64,000 bases of DNA, taken from the NCBI GenBank assembly GCA_030037735.1, contig JASHQC010000056.1:1707-65706 (forward strand), in the 5' to 3' direction. The position numbers were made by a program, and so were the translations under genes. The notes under the pieces are model-generated. The model was not told the DNA's origin. It was given only the letters and a program-made list of their open reading frames with translations, and did no database searches. Below, in pieces: positions 1-10,536 of this stretch; the stretch's first letter is position 1; each line of letters starts with the position of its first letter. Source of the stretch: Thermoplasmata archaeon (GTDB lineage: Archaea; Thermoplasmatota; Thermoplasmata; Lutacidiplasmatales; UBA184).

Positions 1-2600
1 AGCGCCGGCCCCGTGATCATTCGCCGGTAGCGCACGAGGACGACGGCCCCCACCACTAGGAGGCCGAGTCCGATCCAGAAGAATGGACCGAGGCTCGGCA
101 CCCCGAACACCGGCGGCCATACGGCGCGCCAGGGAGAAACCGGCTGGACCGTAGCTCGAGTCTTCTGAGTTACGGTCAGGCTGAGGACCGACGGACCCCC
201 GGCGGACCAGGCCAAGACCGCGACACAATAGACGATTCCAGGTCTCAGTCCAGCAATAGTGTAGGAAGTTCCGCTATAGCCCAGGGAAGCGGCATCGGAA
301 TAGGTCCCGCACGATCCGCTCGTCCAGAACACCGTATCATTGACGAGCGTGCCGTTCGGGTTAGACCAGCTGAGGGAAATGGATGTGAAGTTGTAGGCGG
401 AGACCGCCAGGTCGCTCGGAGGAGCAGGGAGCGTTGTGGCCATCACCGTAGAGCTCAATGGTGATTGCCCAGTGGAGTTCCAGGCCGAGACTGCGAAGCA
501 ATAGGACGTGGCAGGGGCCAGCCCCGTCTCCGTGTAAGACGTCCCGGCGATGCCCACCGAACGAATGATGGGATAGTTACCGCACGATGCCCCTTGATAC
601 ACCGAGTCGTTGAGTAGTCCCCCTCCGCCCGGGTTAGTCCAGGCCAACGTCGCCGCGCTGGTCGTCGTCCGGACTATCGTTAAGTCCACAGGAGCAGACG
701 GAACCTGGGCCGTCCTGGGACTAACATCATTGCTAAGTGTGGAGTTCCCCCCCTCCGACCACGCTTCGACCGCCAGGCAATACCTCGTGCCCTGAGCCAG
801 TCCGGTTAAGGTGGCGGAAGTCGACGCGCCGTTGGTTGAAGCGGCGCGAGAGTAATTTCCGCAAGAGCCGCTGCTCCAAAACACCGTGTCGTTGACGACC
901 GTTCCGGATGGGTTCGTCCAAGACAGCGACACCGTGGAGTCGGTGACCGCGGTAACGACCAGTGAGGTCGGAGCGTCCGGCAACGTCGTGCCAATCGCCG
1001 GGAGGCTCAAGTGCGATTGACCCATGGAATTCCACGAGGAGACGGCAAAGCAATAGGAGGTGGCCGAGGACAGCCCGACCGCCGTGTAGGAGGTTCCCGC
1101 GCTTCCCAGAGAGTAATTGGTGGAATATTGTCCACACACGGTACCCTGGTGGACGGTGTCGTTCAATACTGTCCCAAAGGGATTGACCCAGCTGAGCGGA
1201 ATCGTCGTGGTGGTCACTGCTCCGACCTTCAGTTGGGTGGGCCAGCCGGGAGGGGTGAAGTACGGGTCGCTCGAATTGTGGTAGTCGTACACGACGTTGT
1301 AGGGGGGGTTCGTCGGCCCCCCCGCCAGGATTGCGGTCGCGTTGAAGTTCAGCAGCCAGGATATGTTGGGGGCGTAGAGACCCTCAAAGCACTGGTTGTA
1401 GCAGGTGAGCGAGTTTGGAGTGATGTTGGTGGAGAGGTAGCTGTTGTTCCACGGATCCCAGACGTTCTCGACGGGGAAGGCCGCTCGGGCTTCGCAGAAC
1501 AGGTAGCTCGACGTGATGACGTAACTCTGCGCCAGTATCCCCGCCGACGTGGTTCCGTCGTTGCAGTTCCCGTTGTCCGTCGACGACGCGAAGATGTTGG
1601 TCGGGCTCAGCGAGCTGTTTTCGTAGGTGAAGAGGACGTCGTACTGCAAGTGCCCATCGGAGCTCCCTTCCCCTACACTGAGGAGCAAGGCGGGCGTTCC
1701 GGAGGAGTACGAGGCGTTGAAGGCGACTCCGTTCACTCCGTTGACCGGGATGCCACTTCCCCACGGGTAGATTTGGTACGAATCGAATGTTGGCTCTGGA
1801 CCCGGGATTTCCCCGAGCACCTCGACCGTGTCCGCCGTGGCGCCGTCGGCGCGCACGTCGATCAGTTGAGACATCTGGGGCAGCCAGTAGACGTTGTTCG
1901 CCTCGAACCAGGGGAGTAAGGCAGGGTACATGTCCCACTGCTGGCGCGAGGAGAGATTGAACCCCTCGATAGTGCCGTTCGCGGAGATGACCGCGACGAT
2001 GTCGTTTCCGAGGTACTGGACCTGCTGGTTCGCCGCGCTCGTCTTCCAGGTCGTGTTCCACATGTACAGATAGCCAGAGCTGAGGTTCACCAACTCAAGG
2101 GAGTACTGGTCGGTACTCAGCGTCGTGGTGCCAAAGAACAGGGCAACGTCGTATCCGTACTCCAGGAAGAACTCGTTGTCGATCATCGCGGCGTACCCCG
2201 CGAACTTCTGGTAGAGAGGAATGATGTCAGCGATTGTGGTCACGTTATTCGTGGAGAGCGACTGCTCGACGAACGGATAGGTACCATCCGTTTCGTTCTG
2301 AACATAGTAGATTCCTGCTGGTTGTTCGCTATCGCTGGAGAGGGTCGGGTACTGATACCCCGGCTTGGAGTTGACATAGGCCTCCATCGGGTCGTAGTTC
2401 ACGAGGTGGTACGTTTGATTGAAGTAGTCAAAGGAGGCAGAGGAGGCCGACGGGATGAGCCCGATCTGATGGGGGGCAGGGACGCCGCTCGTCGCGGACC
2501 CAGTATGGAAGACTCCCCCCCACGCCGGGGGGATGAAGAGGAGGACCAGAATCCCGATCCAAACCCCCATCCAACCTCTGGTTTGACTCCTCGCCGTCAC
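1..2600 (-). CDS. Membrane-anchored surface glycoprotein with four Cys-containing fibronectin type III repeats (3' end runs off the window)
   Basis: Not in the ORF track because no stop lies inside the window. Translated by hand from GTG at 2600: signal-like MTARSQTRGWMGVWIGILVLLFIPPAWG, then four FN3 units (e.g. LSWTNP...NDTV...C...GL...T.YC.AV.AW), a C-terminal TM (FFWIGLGLLVVGAVVLV) and a basic RYRR. Many N-x-S/T sequons. Confidence 0.85.
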   Translation of the reverse strand, partial: MTARSQTRGWMGVWIGILVLLFIPPAWGGVFHTGSATSGVPAPHQIGLIPSASSASFDYFNQTYHLVNYDPMEAYVNSKPGYQYPTLSSDSEQPAGIYYVQNETDGTYPFVEQSLSTNNVTTIADIIPLYQKFAGYAAMIDNEFFLEYGYDVALFFGTTTLSTDQYSLELVNLSSGYLYMWNTTWKTSAANQQVQYLGNDIVAVISANGTIEGFNLSSRQQWDMYPALLPWFEANNVYWLPQMSQLIDVRADGATADTVEVLGEIPGPEPTFDSYQIYPWGSGIPVNGVNGVAFNASYSSGTPALLLSVGEGSSDGHLQYDVLFTYENSSLSPTNIFASSTDNGNCNDGTTSAGILAQSYVITSSYLFCEARAAFPVENVWDPWNNSYLSTNITPNSLTCYNQCFEGLYAPNISWLLNFNATAILAGGPTNPPYNVVYDYHNSSDPYFTPPGWPTQLKVGAVTTTTIPLSWVNPFGTVLNDTVHQGTVCGQYSTNYSLGSAGTSYTAVGLSSATSYCFAVSSWNSMGQSHLSLPAIGTTLPDAPTSLVVTAVTDSTVSLSWTNPSGTVVNDTVFWSSGSCGNYSRAASTNGASTSATLTGLAQGTRYCLAVEAWSEGGNSTLSNDVSPRTAQVPSAPVDLTIVRTTTSAATLAWTNPGGGGLLNDSVYQGASCGNYPIIRSVGIAGTSYTETGLAPATSYCFAVSAWNSTGQSPLSSTVMATTLPAPPSDLAVSAYNFTSISLSWSNPNGTLVNDTVFWTSGSCGTYSDAASLGYSGTSYTIAGLRPGIVYCVAVLAWSAGGPSVLSLTVTQKTRATVQPVSPWRAVWPPVFGVPSLGPFFWIGLGLLVVGAVVLVRYRRMITGPA

Positions 2601-2890
2601 ACTATGCTCCTCGAAACTCACGCGGAATAGGGAAACCGAAGTAAACGGTCTCTTCCCTGAGCTAGCCGAGCCTCCTCTCCTCTGCCAAACAGATCTAGGG
2701 ACATTCGCAGAATTCCCAGGTCTCGCCGACCTTTACTAGATTCCCATGAGGGGAAGGCCGTTCGATGACTATGGGGGCCCCGGCGGGCCGCTGGGACGGG
2801 CTTCCCTCGGAGTACTGAACGTTTCGGTTCAAGCGAACCCTTTTAACTGAACTACCCCTGAAATCGTTCCCTAGGCACACTGGAGAGCGG

Positions 2891-5113
2891 ATGGCCGAAG
2901 CGATCACCCTACGAGTCGCCGAAGCCTTCCAGCAAGACATCGGCCTTGGCACCGCGCGGCTCGACGTGAGTACCCGCCAGCGTCTGAAGGTCGGAGTAGG
3001 GGATGTCATCGAGATCCGCGGACGGAAGGTTACCGCGGCCGTCGTCAATCGGGCCCAGCAGGACGACGAGGGCAAGGGCATCGTCCGAATCGAGGCTGTC
3101 GTCCGGCGCAATGCGGGGGTGAGCATCGGCGACCGCGTCATGGTGCAGCGGGTCGACTGCCCCGTCGCCGAGGCCATCACAATCGCTCCCATCTACTCGG
3201 GTGCGGCCAAGATGGAGCTCGGACCGGGACTCGAGGCGTTTGTTTCGAAGGCGCTCGCCCATCGCCCATTCGTCCGCGGCGACGTCTTCGTGATTCCCGG
3301 CGTGTTCCTGATGGGCGGATCGCTGCCGTTCATGGTGGTGTCGACTCAGCCGAAGGGGATTGTCCAAGTCGGCTCCCAGAGCCTGATTACGATCAAGAGC
3401 GAGAGCGTCACCGAGACCGAGGTCGCCGCGCCTCGCGTGGCCTATGAGGATATTGGCGGCCTCAAAGAGAAGCTCGGCCGCGTCCGGGAGATGATCGAGC
3501 TCCCACTCAAGCACCCCGAGCTGTTCGACCGCCTGGCGATCTCGCCCCCGAAGGGAGTGCTGCTCTACGGCCCTCCGGGCACCGGCAAGACGCTCATCGC
3601 GAAGGCCGTCGCCAACGAGGCCGGCGCGCACTTCATCGGGATTCAGGGTCCCGAGATCATCTCGAAGTACTACGGGGAGAGCGAGAAGGAGCTGAGAGAG
3701 AAGTTCGAGGAAGCCGAGAAGAACGCTCCGTCAGTGATCTTCATCGACGAGCTCGATTCTATCGCACCCCGCCGAGATGAGGTCGTGGGCGAGGTCGAGC
3801 GCCGGGTGGTCGCGCAGCTGCTCACTTTGATGGACGGACTTTCCGGCCGAGGCAATGTCATCGTCATCGCCGCCACCAACCGGGAAGAGGCCATCGACCC
3901 GGCCCTTCGACGTCCCGGCCGATTCGACCGGGAGATCGAGATCGGCGTACCGACCCAGGCCGGTCGTCTCGAAATTCTGCAGATTCACACTCGCGGGATG
4001 CCGATGGAAGGCTCCGAGAAGGAACGGGAGCGGATCCTCAATGAGCTCGCGATGCTCACCCACGGTTTCGTTGGGGCGGACCTCGCCGCACTCGGTCGCG
4101 AAGCGGCGATGCGCGCGCTGCGCCGGTACCTTCCCGAGATCGATTTCGACAAGCCGATCCCGCTTCCGCTCCTCGAGCGGATGAAGGTCACCGAGAAGGA
4201 CTTCAAAGAGGCGCTCAAGCAGATCGAGCCGTCGAGCCTCCGCGATGTGACGATCGAGATTCCGAGCACGCACTGGGATGAGATCGGCGGCTTGGACCGG
4301 GTGAAACAGGAACTGCGCGAGTCGGTGGAGCTTCCGTTCCGGAACCCGCAGGTCTACACCCACATGGGCATCGAGCCGGTGCGGGGCATCCTGCTGTACG
4401 GGCCACCCGGCGTCGGAAAGACGCTCTTGGCCAAGGCCGCGGCCACCGAGAGCCAAGCGAATTTCATTTCCGTCAAGGGGCCGGAGATCATGTCAAAGTG
4501 GGTCGGGGAAAGTGAGAAGGCGATCCGGGTCATTTTCAAGAAGGCCCGTCAGGCGTCCCCGTCCATTGTCTTCATCGACGAGATTGACGCGATCGCCCCG
4601 CGTCGGGGTCTCCAGACGTCGAGTGGCGTGACGGAGCGCATCGTGAACCAGCTCCTCACCTCCGTGGATGGACTCGAATCCCTCGAGCGCGTGCTGGTGC
4701 TGGCGGCGACGAACCGGCCCGACATCCTCGACGAGGCGCTTCTGCGGACGGGAAGATTCGACCGGCTGCTCTACGTCGAACCGCCCAACGTCACCGGCCG
4801 GCTCGAGGTGCTCAAGGTGCATAGCCACAACATGCCGCTCCAGGACGTGGACTTGGCCGAGATCGCCCAACGAACCGATGGCTACGTGGGCAGCGATCTC
4901 GCCGCCCTCTGCCGCGAAGCCGGTCTTGTCGCGATCCGAGAGAGCCTGTCGGCCCGGAAAGTCACGATGCACCACTTCGACGAGGCCCTTAAGCTCGTCC
5001 GGCCGTCGGTCGATGCGGAGGCGTTGCGCTTCTACGAAGAGTTCACGAAGCAGCTCCTGCGCGAGCGCGTGGCCCGGAAGCGCGAAGAGGCCGTGCAGGC
5101 CATCTACCGCTGA
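2891..5113 (+). CDS. cdc48: CDC48/VAT (p97-like) AAA+ ATPase
   Basis: N-domain plus two AAA modules ([37 protein letters not shown]), C-terminal IYR. Confidence 0.97.
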   Translation: MAEAITLRVAEAFQQDIGLGTARLDVSTRQRLKVGVGDVIEIRGRKVTAAVVNRAQQDDEGKGIVRIEAVVRRNAGVSIGDRVMVQRVDCPVAEAITIAPIYSGAAKMELGPGLEAFVSKALAHRPFVRGDVFVIPGVFLMGGSLPFMVVSTQPKGIVQVGSQSLITIKSESVTETEVAAPRVAYEDIGGLKEKLGRVREMIELPLKHPELFDRLAISPPKGVLLYGPPGTGKTLIAKAVANEAGAHFIGIQGPEIISKYYGESEKELREKFEEAEKNAPSVIFIDELDSIAPRRDEVVGEVERRVVAQLLTLMDGLSGRGNVIVIAATNREEAIDPALRRPGRFDREIEIGVPTQAGRLEILQIHTRGMPMEGSEKERERILNELAMLTHGFVGADLAALGREAAMRALRRYLPEIDFDKPIPLPLLERMKVTEKDFKEALKQIEPSSLRDVTIEIPSTHWDEIGGLDRVKQELRESVELPFRNPQVYTHMGIEPVRGILLYGPPGVGKTLLAKAAATESQANFISVKGPEIMSKWVGESEKAIRVIFKKARQASPSIVFIDEIDAIAPRRGLQTSSGVTERIVNQLLTSVDGLESLERVLVLAATNRPDILDEALLRTGRFDRLLYVEPPNVTGRLEVLKVHSHNMPLQDVDLAEIAQRTDGYVGSDLAALCREAGLVAIRESLSARKVTMHHFDEALKLVRPSVDAEALRFYEEFTKQLLRERVARKREEAVQAIYR

Positions 5114-5249
5114 TCCGGAGCCTTCCGGACCCACCCGGAACTTGCGAAACCGCGACACGCCGGAAACATCGCTCCTTCGGCGAGCAAGCTATAAGTAGAG
5201 GGGCCGGGTTCGCGCCCGAGTCTCGGCGGAAAACCGCCGGGCCGGCAGA

Positions 5250-8200
5250 GTGAAAAACCGTATGGGTGGCAGGCTACCGCCTCGTCTGCGGCACGCCCTG
5301 TTGACCCTCGTCGCGGCGTTGGTGATCCTCACTGCCTTCACCGCGCTTCCGGGGGCCCTGGCGTCGTCGCCGAACTACGTGATCTCGGGAGTGGTGTTGC
5401 AATCGAACGGCTTTGGTGTCCCCACTGGCGCCACCGTTCAGTTGACCTCCTCCGCGACCCACGCGGTCTACACCACCACCACCGGCGCCGGGGGCTCTTT
5501 CGAGTTCACCTCCTCGAACACCAACGGTACCCTGGCCATCGGCTGGTGGGGCCTCTCCGTAGCGCCGCAGGCCGACATCCACTCTAGCGGCTGCGGCGGA
5601 CCGTTCCAGGAGTGCGCCATCCTGCCGGCGAATTCCGCCCCGAAGTACTACTGGGAGAGCGCCACGAATCTGACGACCTCGGTCACCCGCACGATATCGG
5701 ACGTGTCGTTCGTCAGCTACAACGCCACCGTCAACGCTACGGTCACGTACGGCGGCGTCGGCGTGAATGGCGGCACTGTGGAGCTCATCTCACCGGACTA
5801 CCCCGGATTCGCGCTCTCCGAGAACAAGACCAACGCCACAGGTGTGACCACGTTCCCTGCCCCGTCCGGCAGCTGGCTGCTGTACGCGGAGGCGCCCGGC
5901 AGCCCCAGCCACTTCTCGTACACCCCCGAGACGATTCCGGCGTCGGGCGTCGACCACCTCTCTCTTACGATCAACAACTACCTGACCTACGGGTCGATCT
6001 CCAGCACGACCGGAGGACTGGAGCCCAACGGGTTCAATGCCACGTTGATCGACACGAGCTCGGGCGCCGAGCTCGACGACACGTACTCCCAGTACAGCGC
6101 CACCGGCTACTCGTACGCCGTCGGTTCCTATCCGTCGGGCTTTACGGGGAGTGGCAAGGAGACCTTCGACCTGGTCATCTCACCCATCGGATATGCTCCG
6201 GCTTTCGTCCCTCTGTCCGTGAATTCAACCACCCCTTCCGGGGTGGCGGGCGGAAACCCCCACAACGTGGTCGTGGCCCCGATGGCCCCGCCCGCCGTAT
6301 ACAACACGACGCTCAATTTCGCCTCCGGCCCTACCGGGTCCAGCTTCTATCTGCTCAACGTGACGACGGTGGCCACGTTGGGGAACTACTCCGTGTTCCC
6401 CGACCTTTCCAACGCCAGCATCGACCAGCTTTGGGGCCAGCTCGCCCTCGATTTCGACCACTCGCTCACACTCTCTAACACGACCTTCATGAACGACGTG
6501 GTCCCGTGGGTCCAGGCCCAAGGACCGTTCTTCCCCGCCGGACAGGACGACGCGACCATCAACGGAACCGGCTTCGGCCAGCCCACGAATTACACCACTC
6601 CCTCCCCTAACCCCGCGATCACGGGCGGGTACGAAACGAGCTACACTCTGACCAACGCCCAAGGTCTCTCGATGCGGTGGAGCCAGGTCTACAACGCGAC
6701 CGCTGTGCTACCGAAGGCAGGAAACGCTAGTGAGTACGTCCTGTCGTTCAATTTCCGGCATCCGACCAGCGGACAATCGATCAATTACACCATCGAGCTG
6801 CCCAAGGGATACGTACTGAAGGCGGGCACGGTCGCGCCGTCGGACTCCAAGCTCGCCCCGGCCGGATCGGGCGGAACCTGGACCAAGTTCTACCTGGACT
6901 CGGAGCCCTCGTTCAGCGCGTCCACCACCGCGAGCTTCACCGTCGTGAAGTACGGGAACGTGTCGGCCCGCCTCAACGTCTCGGTCCCGACCTTCACGTT
7001 CTCGAAGAAAAACGTCCTCAACGATTCCCGGACCAACTACACGGTCGTCGTAGGAGTGGGAGAGAACGTCACCTTCTCTGCAATCAACTCGACCTACCCC
7101 GCGGGCACCAACGGCTCGGCGTTCGAATGGCACTTCGGCGATGGCGGAACGAACTCCTCCACTCAGCCGACGACCCACCACATCTACACCGCCACGGGAA
7201 AGTACGTGGGCACGCTGAACGTCACGGCGTCTGGCGGACTCACGAACCAGATCACTTACACCGTCTACGCCGGGAACCAGACGCCGACCGCCGTGATCGA
7301 TGGGAACTGGACCGCCGCGGAGAATCAATCGGTCAGCGGCCACCAGTACATTATCCTCAACTGGTCGCAGTCCCTGACGTTCAACCTCACCGGCAGCATG
7401 TCCACGCTGTACTCGGGAGCGCCGGTCCATGGCGTGATCTCGGACGCGGTCTGGAACCTCACCAGCCACAACTTCACCGACATTCTGGCCAACTACTCCG
7501 CGGGTGCCGGAGCGAACACGAGCACTCCCGTCAGCTACAGCTTCCAGGGAGCCGGATCCTTCCTCACCACCGGACTCGTGGACGGCAATCCCGTCACCTT
7601 CAAGGGATGGCAGTACAACCTGACGCTCACGGTCTGGGACGGGCAAGGCCAATCTGCCAAGACGACCCTCGTCATCCTGGTGCGAGATACGGAGAAACCG
7701 ATTCCCGTCGTGCTGGCCTACAATGGCGCCGGCAACCTGATTCCCAGCTCGGGGACGGTCGAGGGGCCCAACGAAGTGGCCTACGTCCGGTTGACAGGCA
7801 AGAACTCCACCGCCCCCCACAACGGGACGATCGCCTCCTATGCTTGGGTCGTCAACAACACCGGGAACAGCTCGGTCCACATCACCAACGCCAACGAGTC
7901 CTGGGCCTACCTGTTCCCGCCGCAGAAGGACCCGTACACCGTGAACCTCACCGTCAAGGACACGGCAGGAAACACAGCGTACGCGCTCTACAAGCTCGCG
8001 GTCGCCTTCAACACGACCACGCGTCCGATCCTGACCCTAAAGAACGAGACCGAAGCGACGGGTCTCACGTCGATGACCGCCGGCACCTCGTACACGTGGT
8101 GGTTCAACATCACGAACAAGGGCGGCGTGCTCTCGACGGCGGAGAACGTGCAGCTCCTCGTATCGATCACCAGCGCCACCGCCACGGCTCCCGGCGGCAA

Positions 8201-8609
8201 CACCGCCGGCACGCCGGCCTCGGTAAGGTTCTACAACGTGTCGGCGAACGGCACGGTCTCCTCGACGCAGTACCCGGCGCCGGTCAGCCTGGCGTACAAC
8301 CAGACGGTCCGGGCGGTGGTCACATTGACGCCGTCGATCACGGGCACCAAGTTCCTGTGGGGGAACGCGACCTGCAATAACTGCTACACCTACGCCGACA
8401 GCGTGACCTACGTCAAGGTGTCGATCGGCCAGAACACGACGCAACTCCTCCTCGAGTACGTGGCGATTGGGGCAGGCGCCGTCATCGTGATCGTGGCGCT
8501 GATCCTGTTGTTCCGACGACGCGGAAAGGCCGCGTCGACCCCCTCGAAGGGCGGCGGCGGGGGCCGGCTGGAGCGAGGCTCCTCGAAGGACGAGGACGAC
8601 GAGACCTGA
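5250..8609 (+). CDS. Large PKD/Ig-like-domain cell-surface glycoprotein (S-layer-like)
   Basis: Signal peptide, PKD motif FEWHFGDG...HIYTATGKY, repeated YxVxLTVxD motifs, dense N-x-T/S sequons, C-terminal TM helix and charged tail. Confidence 0.85.
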   Translation: MKNRMGGRLPPRLRHALLTLVAALVILTAFTALPGALASSPNYVISGVVLQSNGFGVPTGATVQLTSSATHAVYTTTTGAGGSFEFTSSNTNGTLAIGWWGLSVAPQADIHSSGCGGPFQECAILPANSAPKYYWESATNLTTSVTRTISDVSFVSYNATVNATVTYGGVGVNGGTVELISPDYPGFALSENKTNATGVTTFPAPSGSWLLYAEAPGSPSHFSYTPETIPASGVDHLSLTINNYLTYGSISSTTGGLEPNGFNATLIDTSSGAELDDTYSQYSATGYSYAVGSYPSGFTGSGKETFDLVISPIGYAPAFVPLSVNSTTPSGVAGGNPHNVVVAPMAPPAVYNTTLNFASGPTGSSFYLLNVTTVATLGNYSVFPDLSNASIDQLWGQLALDFDHSLTLSNTTFMNDVVPWVQAQGPFFPAGQDDATINGTGFGQPTNYTTPSPNPAITGGYETSYTLTNAQGLSMRWSQVYNATAVLPKAGNASEYVLSFNFRHPTSGQSINYTIELPKGYVLKAGTVAPSDSKLAPAGSGGTWTKFYLDSEPSFSASTTASFTVVKYGNVSARLNVSVPTFTFSKKNVLNDSRTNYTVVVGVGENVTFSAINSTYPAGTNGSAFEWHFGDGGTNSSTQPTTHHIYTATGKYVGTLNVTASGGLTNQITYTVYAGNQTPTAVIDGNWTAAENQSVSGHQYIILNWSQSLTFNLTGSMSTLYSGAPVHGVISDAVWNLTSHNFTDILANYSAGAGANTSTPVSYSFQGAGSFLTTGLVDGNPVTFKGWQYNLTLTVWDGQGQSAKTTLVILVRDTEKPIPVVLAYNGAGNLIPSSGTVEGPNEVAYVRLTGKNSTAPHNGTIASYAWVVNNTGNSSVHITNANESWAYLFPPQKDPYTVNLTVKDTAGNTAYALYKLAVAFNTTTRPILTLKNETEATGLTSMTAGTSYTWWFNITNKGGVLSTAENVQLLVSITSATATAPGGNTAGTPASVRFYNVSANGTVSSTQYPAPVSLAYNQTVRAVVTLTPSITGTKFLWGNATCNNCYTYADSVTYVKVSIGQNTTQLLLEYVAIGAGAVIVIVALILLFRRRGKAASTPSKGGGGGRLERGSSKDEDDET

Positions 8610-8665
8610 GTTCTCGCGGGGCGCCGACCCGGCGGTCCCGGCCGTCCTAGGGGCTCACCCCTCGG

Positions 8666-8863
8666 CTAGCCGTACGGACCCACGTCGTCCAGCAGGTCGA
8701 CGTGGGTCAGGATCATCCGACGGCAGCAGTAGCGCCGCAGGCCCAGCGCATCCAGAACGGCCCCCGGCGCCTCGCCCCGTGCCGTTCGCTCTTGGAACTG
8801 GTCCCAGTTCTGGCCGATCACATTGCCGCACGTGAAGCAGCGGACCGGCACCATCAGCGTCAT
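8666..8863 (-). CDS. rpoN: DNA-directed RNA polymerase subunit N (Rpo10)
   Basis: MVPVRCFTCG...RYCCRRM signature. Start moved to ATG 8863, after a GGAGG SD. Confidence 0.97.
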   Translation of the reverse strand: MTLMVPVRCFTCGNVIGQNWDQFQERTARGEAPGAVLDALGLRRYCCRRMILTHVDLLDDVGPYG

Positions 8864-8882
8864 GGATCCCTCCTCCCCTCGC

Positions 8883-9290
8883 TCACCGGTACGACTTCTG
8901 CCGCCGGGCGCGTGCTCCCCGGCCACCGGGACGCTTGGGCAGCTTCCGTCGGGGGTCGTTCACGACGAGGCTCCGGTCGTAGTGCTTGAAGGTCTCCCGG
9001 AGCTGCTCGTCCTTGAGCCAGGTGATCAGTCCCCGGGCGATCGCCGTCCGAGCCGCCGCCGCCTGCCCGGCCACCCCCCCGCCGGAGAGGTACACGTCGA
9101 TGTCGACGCCCTTCCAGCGGTCCCCGATCATCAGGAGTGGCTCGGCGATCTTCTCCCGTGCGAAGACGGGCTCGTAGATCTCGAGGGGGCGGCGGTTGAC
9201 GTGGACGCGACCGATACCCTTGGTGAACGTCGCCCGGGCGGTGGCCGCCTTGCGCTTGCCGGTGGTAATCAGCGCCGGGGGCGTCTTCAT
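8883..9290 (-). CDS. rps9: 30S ribosomal protein S9 (uS9)
   Basis: GKRKAATARA, GGGVAGQA, C-terminal ARARRQKSYR. Confidence 0.97.
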   Translation of the reverse strand: MKTPPALITTGKRKAATARATFTKGIGRVHVNRRPLEIYEPVFAREKIAEPLLMIGDRWKGVDIDVYLSGGGVAGQAAAARTAIARGLITWLKDEQLRETFKHYDRSLVVNDPRRKLPKRPGGRGARARRQKSYR

Positions 9291-9739
9291 ACTCGGGCTC
9301 CCAACAGTCGCGACACCTCTTCAAGGGTCAGTGGCGACCGTAGGGTCGGTTTCGCCTGGGCATCCGGCAGGCTGCTCGCTGACACCTTGGCGTACGGCTC
9401 CGGACAGCCGATGTAGACCGTGAGACGGTGGAAGGCGGCCTTGCCGCGGCTCTTGAGATGCGGGACCATCCCCCGCACGGCTCGACGGAAAATGCGGTCC
9501 GGGTTCCGAGGAAAGTGTGGCCCACTACGGACCGACCCGCGGGCGCGGTTCGCCCGATAAATCTCGAGGACCGAGGCGCGGGAACCGGTGACCACGGCTC
9601 TCTCGGCGTAGATGACCACGATGCTCTCCCCCGCCAGGAGGCGCTGGGCGATCAGGCTCGCCGCGCGACCCACGACCAAACCGGACGCGTCAATCACGGT
9701 CGGCCCGGATTCCGATGAGGAGGCACCGGCGTCAGGCAA
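9287..9739 (-). CDS. rpl13: 50S ribosomal protein L13 (uL13)
   Basis: VIDASGLVVGRAAS, GPHFPRNPDRIFRRAVRGMVP. Probable TTG start overlapping the rpl18e stop. Confidence 0.95.
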   Translation of the reverse strand: MPDAGASSSESGPTVIDASGLVVGRAASLIAQRLLAGESIVVIYAERAVVTGSRASVLEIYRANRARGSVRSGPHFPRNPDRIFRRAVRGMVPHLKSRGKAAFHRLTVYIGCPEPYAKVSASSLPDAQAKPTLRSPLTLEEVSRLLGARV

Positions 9740-10097
9740 GGAGACGCACCCCCTTCCCGCTGGGGTAGTTCTTGATGAGCTCGAGGATGGAAAGAGTCGT
9801 TCCCCCCGCTGCCTGGACCTTGGAACGGGCTTCGGAGGAGTACGAGACGGCTCCGATCGTGAGCGGCTTTGTAAGATTCCCTTCGGAGAGCAGCTTGCCC
9901 GGAACCACGATGGTCTCTTGGGCTTCGGCCAGGCGTTCCAAGTGCCCGACGTTGAGCGGGAAGACCTGGTGGCGGGGCCGGGAAAGGCACTCCGCCGTGG
10001 CACGCCAGACCGGGGCCCGATGGGCCCTCGCGGCCTTCCTCAGCTCGACGATAACCCGGGCGAGATCCGGGTTTCCCTTGCGAATAACGTCAGACAT
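9732..10097 (-). CDS. rpl18e: 50S ribosomal protein L18e (eL18)
   Basis: KGNPDL...W...LNVGHL...VVPGKLL; conserved archaeal L18e-L13-S9-RpoN operon order. Confidence 0.96.
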   Translation of the reverse strand: MSDVIRKGNPDLARVIVELRKAARAHRAPVWRATAECLSRPRHQVFPLNVGHLERLAEAQETIVVPGKLLSEGNLTKPLTIGAVSYSSEARSKVQAAGGTTLSILELIKNYPSGKGVRLLA

Positions 10098-10293
10098 GGC
10101 GGGAGGGCGCTCGACCCGAGTCCTCGATATAAGCGTTGCCGAAAGGGCTGCACGTTCCGGATTGGGGCGCGGTAAATTTCAGCTGCAGCGACCCCTTACT
10201 GCCGCCCCAATTTCCCGGCGAGATTTCGCGCTACCGATGCCGAATAACGGTTAAATAGCGACCCCCGCCATTTCGCCGCAGAGGGCCCCTTCA

Positions 10294-10536
10294 ATGAGGA
10301 AGTTCCTTACCGAGCTCCGCGGCAAGACCGTGATGACGAACGACGGCCAGATTTTGGGCGCGATCGAGAATTTCGTCATCGACACGCAGACCGGTGGGAT
10401 TGCTCACGTGCTGGTCACCGCGAGCGAGGATGTGGAATCGCGCCTCTTCCAGACCGACGCCTCGGGCCGCCTCGTGCTCCCCTTCAAGAGCATGCGCGCG
10501 GTCAAGGACGTCGTCGTGATGGACCTTGGGAAGTAG
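10294..10536 (+). CDS. PRC-barrel protein (possible CdpB-like cell-division protein)
   Basis: LRGKTVMTNDGQILG...IDTQTG...PFKSMRAVKDVVV PRC pattern; TATA-like TTAAATA near 10251. Confidence 0.85.
   Translation: MRKFLTELRGKTVMTNDGQILGAIENFVIDTQTGGIAHVLVTASEDVESRLFQTDASGRLVLPFKSMRAVKDVVVMDLGK

Noticed and set aside
1011..1919. 302-aa plus-strand ORF and other ORF-track entries in 610-2630
   Set aside because: Shadows of the real minus-strand FN3 gene (1-2600).
6708..8380. Long alternative-frame ORFs (390 and 417 aa) inside the surface-protein gene; similar ones over clpB, pan, hydrogenase and por genes
   Set aside because: Expected stop-poor frames in high-GC3 genes; Arg/Gly/Pro-rich with no motifs.
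9740..10003. N-terminal extension of rpl13 in the ORF track
   Set aside because: Overlaps rpl18e out of frame; homology starts near 9739.
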